Origin: Myxococcota bacterium
GTDB taxonomy: Bacteria > Myxococcota_A > UBA9160 > UBA6930
Length of the DNA: 64,000 nucleotides
Direction of reading: 5' to 3'
Assembly: GCA_965223415.1 (NCBI GenBank)
Contig: OZ245002.1
Coordinates: 1,664,001 to 1,728,000, forward strand
Shown piece after piece: positions 27,725-35,252 of this stretch; position 1 is the stretch's first letter; every line of letters begins with the position of its first letter. The position numbers and the translations under genes were made by a program. Under the pieces are notes generated by a model that saw only the letters and a program-made list of their open reading frames with translations, was not told the origin of the DNA and searched no databases.

Positions 27725-29506
27725 ATGATCGACGGTTTCTCTGTACTTGCCTCGGCCCTCGTCGCGCTGATCGCCCTCGCGACGGTCGGCATGATCGTCG
27801 CGCGGCTCTATCGGCGCGCTTCCAAGGAGCTCGCCTACGTGCGAACCGGCTTCGGAGGGCAGCGGGTCATCATGGACGGTGGCGCGCTGGTCTTCCCCGT
27901 GTTGCACGAGGTGATCCCGGTCAACATGAACACGATCCGGCTGGAGGTGCGACGCTCCCAGGCCGGCGCACTCATTACCCACGACCGGATGCGCGTCGAC
28001 GTGGCCGCAGAGTTCTACGTGCGGGTGAAGCCCACGGAAGAGGCCATCGCCGATGCGGCCCAGACCCTGGGCCGGCGCACGCTCGACCCCGAGAACCTCA
28101 AGGAGCTGGTGGAGGGCAAGTTCGTGGACGCCCTCCGGGCCGTGGCCGCCGAGATGGCCATGGAGGAGCTCCACGAGCAGCGTGTGGACTTCGTCCAGAA
28201 GGTGCAGACCGCCGTCTCCGAGGACCTGCTGAAGAACGGCCTCGAGCTCGAAACCGTCTCCCTCACCTCGCTCGACCAGACCGATCGCGACTACTTCAAC
28301 CCCAACAACGCCTTCGACGCCCAGGGCCTCACCAAGCTCACGGAGGAGATCGAGGCTCGCCGCAAGCAGCGCAACGACATCGAGCGCGATACCGAGGTAG
28401 CGGTCCAGCAGAAGAACCTGGACACGGAGCGCGAGAGCCTGGAGATCAGGAAGCAGGAAGAGTACGCGCGACTCGCCCAGGAGCAGGCGGTCGAGGTCGA
28501 GCGGGCACGGCAGTCCGCGGACATCGCGAAGGAGCAAGCCGACCAGCAGCGTGCCGCCGACCAGGCGAAGATCAGCGCCCACCAGCAGGTGGAGCAGGCG
28601 CAGATCTCCGCCGACCGCGCGGTCGAGGAGCAGCGCATCGACAAGGAGCGCCAGATCCGAGAGGCGGACATCGAACGTCTGCGCCGGGTCGAGGTGGCGG
28701 ACGTCGAGAAGCGCAAGAGCATCGAGCTCACGGACCAGGATCGTTCGATCGCGATCGCCGAAAAGAGCCGCGAGCAGTCCGTGGCGGAGGCCGAGGCAGA
28801 CCGGGCGCGGGCCCTGTCGACGGAGGCCGAGGAGGCCGTGGTCACCGTCCGCGAGAACGCCAAGGCCGAGCGCCAGAAGCTGATCGAGCTGGTCGAGGCC
28901 AGGAAGCAGGCCGAGCGCGATGCCATCGCCGTGACCGTGGCCGCCGATGCCGAGAAGGCGGCGGCCGTCGACCAGGCGGAGGCCGTTCGAACCCTCGCCG
29001 AGGGACGGGCCAGCGAGCAGCGCATCGCGGCGGACGCCGACGCCGACGCGGAGCGCGCGCGCGCCGAGGCGGCGCGGGTCCGCTACGAGGTGGATGCCCA
29101 GGGCCAGACGAACCTGCACCAGGCCGAGAACCTGCTCTCGAGCGAGATCGTCGGAATGCGCATCAAGCTCGCGTTGATCGAGCACCTGGACAAGATCATC
29201 GCCGAGAGCGTGAAGCCGATGGAGGCCATCGAAGGCATCAAGATCATCCAGGTAGACGGCTTCGGTGCCGCAGCGGGTGTGAACGGTGGCGGTGGTGGCC
29301 TCGCGGCCCAGGCTGCGGGCGGAGGCGAAGGCAACCTCGCCGACCAGGCCGTGAGTGCCGCACTGCGCTACCGGGCGCAGGCGCCGCTGCTCGATTCGCT
29401 ACTCCAGGAGGTCGGCATCGACGGCGGCAACCTGAACGGCCTCACCGATGCCCTTCGGGAGACCCATGGCGCTGCCGGTGAGGCGGAAGACGGGACGGCG
29501 CACTGA
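27725..29506 (+). CDS. Flotillin / SPFH-domain protein (YqiK-like)
   Basis: VRTGFGG, ITHDRMRVDVAAEFYVRV, FNPNNAFDAQGL, AEA-rich coiled coil, ALRYRAQAP. Confidence 0.93.
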   Translation: MIDGFSVLASALVALIALATVGMIVARLYRRASKELAYVRTGFGGQRVIMDGGALVFPVLHEVIPVNMNTIRLEVRRSQAGALITHDRMRVDVAAEFYVRVKPTEEAIADAAQTLGRRTLDPENLKELVEGKFVDALRAVAAEMAMEELHEQRVDFVQKVQTAVSEDLLKNGLELETVSLTSLDQTDRDYFNPNNAFDAQGLTKLTEEIEARRKQRNDIERDTEVAVQQKNLDTERESLEIRKQEEYARLAQEQAVEVERARQSADIAKEQADQQRAADQAKISAHQQVEQAQISADRAVEEQRIDKERQIREADIERLRRVEVADVEKRKSIELTDQDRSIAIAEKSREQSVAEAEADRARALSTEAEEAVVTVRENAKAERQKLIELVEARKQAERDAIAVTVAADAEKAAAVDQAEAVRTLAEGRASEQRIAADADADAERARAEAARVRYEVDAQGQTNLHQAENLLSSEIVGMRIKLALIEHLDKIIAESVKPMEAIEGIKIIQVDGFGAAAGVNGGGGGLAAQAAGGGEGNLADQAVSAALRYRAQAPLLDSLLQEVGIDGGNLNGLTDALRETHGAAGEAEDGTAH

Positions 29507-29542
29507 GTCGCCGCCGAGCGCACCCTGGAGATCGCCGAAGGC

Positions 29543-30334
29543 CTAGCCCGTCGCGAACCAGATGTGCCCGGCGGTGTGCCCGCCGTCCACCATGTACTCG
29601 GCGCCGTTGCAGAAGGCGGCCTCGTCGGACGCGAGGAAGAGGATCACGTTGGCGATGTCGCGGGGCGCGGCGTGCCGGCCGCCCATGACGCCGTGGTCGA
29701 GCCCCTTCACCTCGAGCTTCTCGCCTGCGGCGACCCGCTTGCTGAGGTTCTCGGTGAAGCCCTCCGTGAGCTCCCGGTTGCCGCCGGCGGGGCACACCAG
29801 GTTCACGCGGATGCCCTTCTGGCCGAGCTCGAGGGCCGCGCACTTGGTGAAACCGCGAAGGCCGAACTTCGAGGCGCCGTAGGGCGCCACCCAGCCCATT
29901 CCCTCCATGGCGTCGATCGAGCCGAGGTTCACGATGGCCCCGGCGCCCTTCGCCTCCATGTCGGGCAGCACGGTCCGGGTTCCGATCATCGGGCCGATCA
30001 GGTTCACGTCGAGGATGTTGCGGGCGACCTCCACGTCCAGCTCGGCGATCGGCCGCACGTCGAGGACGGCGGCGTTGTTGACGAGCACGTCCACCGGGCC
30101 GAAGCGCTCGTGGACGGCCTCCAGCGCGCGGGCCCAGTCCCCCTCGCGGCGCACGTCCAGGTGCTGGAAGAAGGCCGAGGCGCCGAGCCCGCCGGCGTGG
30201 CCTTCCCCTCGCTCGTCGAGGACATCCGCCACGCAGACCTTCGCGCCGTGCTCGGCCAGGAGCCTCGCGGTCTCCGCGCCGGTGCCCCGGGCCGCCCCGG
30301 TCACGATCGCCACCTTGCCGTCCATCCGTCCCAT
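29543..30334 (-). CDS. SDR oxidoreductase (3-alpha,20-beta-hydroxysteroid dehydrogenase-like)
   Basis: TGAARGTG, NNAA, YGASK, VDGG. Confidence 0.9.
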   Translation of the reverse strand: MGRMDGKVAIVTGAARGTGAETARLLAEHGAKVCVADVLDERGEGHAGGLGASAFFQHLDVRREGDWARALEAVHERFGPVDVLVNNAAVLDVRPIAELDVEVARNILDVNLIGPMIGTRTVLPDMEAKGAGAIVNLGSIDAMEGMGWVAPYGASKFGLRGFTKCAALELGQKGIRVNLVCPAGGNRELTEGFTENLSKRVAAGEKLEVKGLDHGVMGGRHAAPRDIANVILFLASDEAAFCNGAEYMVDGGHTAGHIWFATG

Positions 30335-30390
30335 GCAGAGGTCCTCCACGCCCCGGTGTAGCCCACCCGCGGGCGCGGTACGATCCTCCC

Positions 30391-30672
30391 ATGTGCCGCA
30401 ACATCAAGACCCTCTTCAACTTCGAGCCGCCCGCCACGGACGAAGAGGTGCGCGACGCCTCCATCCAGTTCGTCCGCAAGCTCTCGGGCTTCACGAAGCC
30501 GTCGAAGGCCAACGAGGAGGCCTTCCTGCTGGCCGTGGACCGCGTCTCAGCCGCGTCCCAGAGCCTGCTCGACTCCCTCGTCACCAACGCCCCGCCGAGG
30601 GATCGCGAGATCGAAGCCGCGAAGGCCCGCGCCCGCGCGGCCAAGCGCTTCGGCACCGCCACTCCGGCCTAG
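30391..30672 (+). CDS. DUF2277 family protein
   Basis: MCRNIKTLFNFEPPAT...QFVRKLSG. Confidence 0.88.
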   Translation: MCRNIKTLFNFEPPATDEEVRDASIQFVRKLSGFTKPSKANEEAFLLAVDRVSAASQSLLDSLVTNAPPRDREIEAAKARARAAKRFGTATPA

Positions 30673-30681
30673 GAGGAGCCC

Positions 30682-31014
30682 GTGGCCCGACTCTCGACCG
30701 ACAACGGCGTCTTCACCGTGCTCGTCGAGTTCCACACCACCCCAGAGACGCAGGGCGAGGTGCTCGACACGCTGATCGCCGGCGCCGATCTCTTCCCTTC
30801 CCAGCCGGGCTTCGTCTCCCAGCACTTCCACCGCAGCCACGACGGCGCCCGGGTGCTCTGCTACGTGCAGTGGCGGTCGGAGGCGGACCACCTCGCCTGC
30901 TACCAGAGCCCCGACGTGGCCGCGCGCGGCAAGGCAGTGAACGACCTGGTCGAGTCGGGCAAAGCGACGATGGAGGTCCGGACCTACGACGTGGCCCACG
31001 GCACCGAGGCGTAG
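30682..31014 (+). CDS. Antibiotic biosynthesis monooxygenase (ABM) domain protein
   Basis: QPGFVSQHFHRSHDG..VLCYVQWRS; AGGAGG RBS. Confidence 0.82.
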   Translation: MARLSTDNGVFTVLVEFHTTPETQGEVLDTLIAGADLFPSQPGFVSQHFHRSHDGARVLCYVQWRSEADHLACYQSPDVAARGKAVNDLVESGKATMEVRTYDVAHGTEA

Positions 31015-31026
31015 GGGCCGCCGCCA

Positions 31027-31404
31027 TCAACGGGGCAGCTTGTCGACGGGAAAGGGCGGAGAGGCCATCGGGCGGGCGGCGATCGACATCAGCACGAGAC
31101 CGTTGTCGTCTCCGGCGATGCGGTTCACGCGGGTGATGTGACAGCTGCCGCAGCGATGCACCAGGCTCCACTCGCCGTCCGGGCGTACCCAGACGGCGAT
31201 CGGCTCCATGCCGCCGCCGCAGGCGGAGCGGCGGTCTCCGGGATGCTCGTCGAGGTGCGCGCTCCACAGGCACTGGGGGCAGTGGTTGCGGTGGCGCGTA
31301 CCGGGAGCGTCCAGCGGCACGTCGATGCGGCAGTGCTGGCAACGGAAGCTGTGGGCGCGGCGCTTCGGACGGCGGCCGCGGCGAGGCGAACGTCGGTCGT
31401 CCAT
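31027..31404 (-). CDS. RNHCP domain-containing protein
   Basis: CQHC...RNHCPQCLWSAHLD..PGDR...CGG.MEP...HRCGSC. Confidence 0.9.
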   Translation of the reverse strand: MDDRRSPRRGRRPKRRAHSFRCQHCRIDVPLDAPGTRHRNHCPQCLWSAHLDEHPGDRRSACGGGMEPIAVWVRPDGEWSLVHRCGSCHITRVNRIAGDDNGLVLMSIAARPMASPPFPVDKLPR

Positions 31405-31481
31405 ACGGGCAGGCGACTCCAGGCGGACGGCCCTCCCGAGAGCCTCGGGACGGGACGTGGGTCCCTGCGCCGGACGGGCGA

Positions 31482-31544
31482 CTAGCGGCGGCGCGCGGAG
31501 TGGCGAAGGGACGGGGACGGCGTCATGGCCTGGATCGCAAGCAT
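31482..31544 (-). CDS. Candidate leader peptide (MLAIQAMTPSPSLRHSARRR) upstream of the RNHCP gene
   Basis: GGAGGA Shine-Dalgarno just upstream of the ATG; 20 codons then TAG; a 7-bp hairpin at 31434-31450 lies before the RNHCP start. Confidence 0.45.
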   Translation of the reverse strand: MLAIQAMTPSPSLRHSARRR

Positions 31545-31612
31545 CGAGTCCTCCCTTCGCGGCGTTCCTGCCGGGAGCCCGAGTATGGCCAGGGGCGACC
31601 CGGCCCGCAACG

Positions 31613-32170
31613 TCAGGAGAGCGACGCTCGCAGCCTCTCGAGCACCGCCTCCTCTTCGGCCGAGACCGGATCGCGCAGCCCGAGGAGCCCGCCGGCCGCC
31701 TCGGCGACGGCCCGGGTGGCGCCAGTGAGCCGGCGCGCGAAGGCGGCGCGCTCCCCGTCGTCGAGCTGCTCGCCCAGGGCCGCGACGAAGGCGTTCCAGG
31801 CCTCGAAGAGCCCGGGCGGCGGCGGATCGTAGGTCCAGATCCGCAGCAGGCGATGGCTCCACGAGTCCTCCCGGATGCCCTTGGCTTCCGCGCCGTGCAG
31901 GATGGCGTCCCGCTCCCGGCGGTCCATGCGGCCGTCGGCCCAGGCCACCTCGACCAGGGGCACCAGGGTGAAGGCGGCGAGGGTCTCGGCCCGGATGCCC
32001 AGGCCGGTCAGGCGGGCCAGGAGGGCTTCGTCGCCGATGCCGGAGGCCTCGGCAATCTCGCGGCGCGCCCGGGCCTCGTCCCCGGTCATCGAGTCGCGGA
32101 TCGCGCCGGCCTCACCGGAATAGAAGGCGTCCTGGAGGGAAGCGCCGGTCTTCTCGAGGGAGTCGCTCAT
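31613..32170 (-). CDS. TerB-like hypothetical protein
   Basis: LVPLVEVAWADGRMD..ER..IL, VAEAAGG.LG...VSAEEEAVL. Confidence 0.7.
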   Translation of the reverse strand: MSDSLEKTGASLQDAFYSGEAGAIRDSMTGDEARARREIAEASGIGDEALLARLTGLGIRAETLAAFTLVPLVEVAWADGRMDRRERDAILHGAEAKGIREDSWSHRLLRIWTYDPPPPGLFEAWNAFVAALGEQLDDGERAAFARRLTGATRAVAEAAGGLLGLRDPVSAEEEAVLERLRASLS

Positions 32171-32260
32171 GGCGTGTGGGTACCGCAGCCGCGGGCCCCG
32201 CGCACCGCGTGGGTCAGCTATCGTCCCCGCGCTTCGAAGGCCAGAAGGAGGGAGCGCGCG

Positions 32261-32998
32261 ATGGCGGTTCGGGCCGAGCGTGTCGAGTTGACGGTGGATG
32301 GCGCCAGCATGGGCGGCTACCTGGCGCGGCCGGAAGGCGACGGCCCCTTCCCGGGTGTGATCGTCTGGATGGAGATCTTCGGCATCAACTCCCACATCCG
32401 CGACGTGACCGAGCGGGTGGCGGCCGAGGGCTACGTGGCGCTGGCGCCGGACTTCTTCCATCGCTCGCTACCGGGCATCGAGCTGGGCTACGACGACGCC
32501 GGCATGGAGCAGGGCATGGAGGGCCTGGGCGCACTCGATGCGGACGAGATGATCGCCGACGCCCGGGCGGCCCTCGCCTTCCTGCGCGACCGCTCGGACG
32601 TGACCGGGAAGATCGGCGCCATGGGCTTCTGCATCGGCGGCCACATGACCTATCTCACCGCCTGCGAGACCGACGTGGCCGCGGCGGCCTCCTTCTACGG
32701 AGGCGGCATCGCGGCGCCGGCGGGCCCCGGCGGCAAGGATTCCACCGTCTCGCGCAGCGCGAAGATCACCGGACGCATCCTGTGCCTGTTCGGAGGACAG
32801 GATGGGATGATCCCCCAGGAGCAGGTCGGCGCCGTCCGTGACGCCCTTCGGGCGGCGGGCACGCGACACGAGGTGGTCGTCTACGATCCGGCCGACCACG
32901 GCTTCTTCTGCGACCAGCGCGCGACCTATCATTCGGAATCGGCCGCCGACGCCTGGGAACGGGTCAGGGCACTGTTCGCCGCGGAGCTGGCGGGCTAA
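32261..32998 (+). CDS. Dienelactone hydrolase family protein
   Basis: EIFG, GFCIGG nucleophile, HGFFCD. Confidence 0.92.
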   Translation: MAVRAERVELTVDGASMGGYLARPEGDGPFPGVIVWMEIFGINSHIRDVTERVAAEGYVALAPDFFHRSLPGIELGYDDAGMEQGMEGLGALDADEMIADARAALAFLRDRSDVTGKIGAMGFCIGGHMTYLTACETDVAAAASFYGGGIAAPAGPGGKDSTVSRSAKITGRILCLFGGQDGMIPQEQVGAVRDALRAAGTRHEVVVYDPADHGFFCDQRATYHSESAADAWERVRALFAAELAG

Positions 32999-33030
32999 GG
33001 CCGCGCCGGCGGCCCACCGAGCCGGAAGCC

Positions 33031-33783
33031 ATGAGCATCGGCGACGAAGCGGATGTCCGGGGCCTCCAGGCGATCGGCCGGGTGGTGGCGCGCTGCGTTC
33101 GCGAGATGAGCGCGGCCCTCGAGCCGGGCATCACCACGGCGGAGCTGGACGGGATCGGCGCCGCGTTCCTCGCGCGACACGACGCGGAATCCGCGCCGCA
33201 GGTCACCTACGACTTCCCGGCCGCCACCTGCATCAGCGTCAACGAGGTCGTGGCCCACGGCATTCCGGGCGAACGGAGGGTGGAGGCCGGCGACCTGGTC
33301 CACATCGACGTGTCGGCCCGCAGCCGCGACGGCTACTTCGCGGATACCGGCGCCAGCTTCCCGGTGCCGCCGGCATCGGAGCGGGATCGGCGCCTCTGCG
33401 CCACGGCGAAGCTCGCCCTTCGGGAGGGCGTCAAGGCCGCCCGGCCGGGTCGGCGCATTGGACGTATCGGGCGGGCCTTCGAGAAGACGGCGCGGCGCGC
33501 GGGCTTCGCGACGATCCGGAACCTCTGCTCCCACGGCGTGGGGCGTGCCTTGCACGAGGAACCCACGGAGATCCTGGGCTACGACGAGCCGGCCGACGAC
33601 CGGCGCCTGACGGAGGGCCAGGTATTGGCGATCGAGCCCTTCGTCACCGACGGTGGGCCCTTCGTGACCGAGGCGGACGACGGCTGGTCCCTGCTCACGG
33701 AGCCGGACCGGCGGGCGGCCCAATTCGAACACACGGTCATCCTGACGCGAACGAAGCCGATCGTCGTGACGCTCCCCGCCTGA
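33031..33783 (+). CDS. map: Type I methionyl aminopeptidase
   Basis: CISVNEVVAHGIP, IDVS...YFADTG, HGVGRALHEEP, AIEPF, AQFEHT. Confidence 0.93.
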   Translation: MSIGDEADVRGLQAIGRVVARCVREMSAALEPGITTAELDGIGAAFLARHDAESAPQVTYDFPAATCISVNEVVAHGIPGERRVEAGDLVHIDVSARSRDGYFADTGASFPVPPASERDRRLCATAKLALREGVKAARPGRRIGRIGRAFEKTARRAGFATIRNLCSHGVGRALHEEPTEILGYDEPADDRRLTEGQVLAIEPFVTDGGPFVTEADDGWSLLTEPDRRAAQFEHTVILTRTKPIVVTLPA

Positions 33784-33878
33784 AGGGAAACGGACCCAGC
33801 CGCGGACGGCGGGGCGTGCGGGTCACGCGTCGTCTGAAGTAGGCTCGCGATGATGGGGGCGCCGAGGAGGAGGCGCCC

Positions 33879-35171
33879 GTGAGCGAAGTCGCGTGCGTGT
33901 TCGGACCGGTCCTCGAAGAGGTGCGGGCCCGCGGGGTCGCGCCGGAGACCTTCATCGAGGGAATCGGGTTCGACGCGGACCACCTCTGTGACCCGCGCCA
34001 GCGCATCCCGTGGGAGGCCTTCACGGAGCTGGCGCAGCGCGCCTCGGCCATCCTGGGCCCGGACGGACTCGCGGACGTCGCCGCCCGCTCCGCCGTGCGT
34101 TCGGTTCCGAGCCTGGTGCGACGGGTGCTGCACCACTTCGGCGACGCGCGTCCCATCTACCGCATCGGCGCCCGTTGGTGGGGGCCCCGGATCTTCCGCA
34201 CGACCCGAGCGACCTGCGAGGTGTTGGAGGACGGGCGCGTGCGCGAGGTGATCGAGATCCTCCCCGAGTACCGGGAATCGCCGGAGTTCTTCCGCGGCGT
34301 CCAGGCCCTGCTGCGGGTCATGCCGCTGCTGTTCGGCCTGCCCGAAGCGACGGTGGAGCTGCGACAGGACGGACGCCGCGGGGAGTTCCTCATCGCGCCG
34401 CCGCCCGGACGTCGTCCGGTGATCCGATCGCGCCGCAAGCGCGGCACCGCGGTGCTGGACGAGAAGCTGCGCGAGCACGCGCGCCGGAGCCGTGCCTCGG
34501 CGGCGCGACCAGCCGAGCAGCTGCGGCTGCTCGAAGACCTGGGCCTTCGCCTCGCACAGGTACACGACGTCTGCGGGCTCGTGCGGACGGTGGCGAGCCT
34601 GCTCGAGGAGCACCTGGACGTCCACGGCGTGCGGCTCTCCCGCGCGGGCGGGGGCGGCGCCGAGCACGCGACCAGCCTCCTGGCCGAGGCCGGCGACGTG
34701 GCGGGCCCGTCGACCTCCCGCCTGCCGCTTCGCACCGGGGGACGCGCCGTCGGTGAGCTGGAGCTGTGGGGCGAGCAGGGCAACGAGGAAGAACGGGTCG
34801 CGGCACTCGCGCCCTGGATCGCCCTCGCCCTCGCCAACCTCCCAGCGCCCGGGCTCTCTTCACCCGCCGACCTGGCGGCGCACCTCCACGAGCTGGGCCC
34901 GGAGGTTGCCGCACGAGTCGATTCGGAGACCCTGCTCCTCCTCGAAGACGACGAGCTCCTGCGCATGGTGGTGGGCTCGCTCTTCGAAGACGCCGGCTTC
35001 CAGGTGCTCGAGCATCGGGCCGATCCGACCGAGGTCCCTGACGACGATGCGGAGGCCGCCCTGCTGGTGGCCGATTGGAGCCGCTCCCTCGACCCGGCTT
35101 TCCTGAGCGGGATCGAGCGCCTCCGCCCCCACCTGCGCGGGATCCTCCTGCTGCCCCTGCGCGAGCTCTAG
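33879..35171 (+). CDS. Hypothetical sensor-like protein: AraC-ligand/V4R-like N-domain, GAF-like middle, degenerate receiver C-domain
   Basis: GAGGAGG RBS. N-terminal 'L.DPRQRIPWEAF', middle 'LPLRTGGRAVGELEL', C-terminal 'LLLLEDDELLRMVV..LFEDAGFQV..LLVAD'. No kinase or HTH motifs seen. Confidence 0.6.
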   Translation: MSEVACVFGPVLEEVRARGVAPETFIEGIGFDADHLCDPRQRIPWEAFTELAQRASAILGPDGLADVAARSAVRSVPSLVRRVLHHFGDARPIYRIGARWWGPRIFRTTRATCEVLEDGRVREVIEILPEYRESPEFFRGVQALLRVMPLLFGLPEATVELRQDGRRGEFLIAPPPGRRPVIRSRRKRGTAVLDEKLREHARRSRASAARPAEQLRLLEDLGLRLAQVHDVCGLVRTVASLLEEHLDVHGVRLSRAGGGGAEHATSLLAEAGDVAGPSTSRLPLRTGGRAVGELELWGEQGNEEERVAALAPWIALALANLPAPGLSSPADLAAHLHELGPEVAARVDSETLLLLEDDELLRMVVGSLFEDAGFQVLEHRADPTEVPDDDAEAALLVADWSRSLDPAFLSGIERLRPHLRGILLLPLREL

Positions 35172-35252
35172 TGTGTCGCGCGCCACAGTGCGCGCCCCCT
35201 GAGCGGCCGATGGGTGGGGCTTGCCCTCTCGACGAGGGGGCGAGCTCCCCCC

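Noticed and set aside
28380..29100. Repetitive GCCGAG/GAGC-rich DNA as a repeat element
   Set aside because: It is explained by the Ala/Glu-rich flotillin coiled coil.
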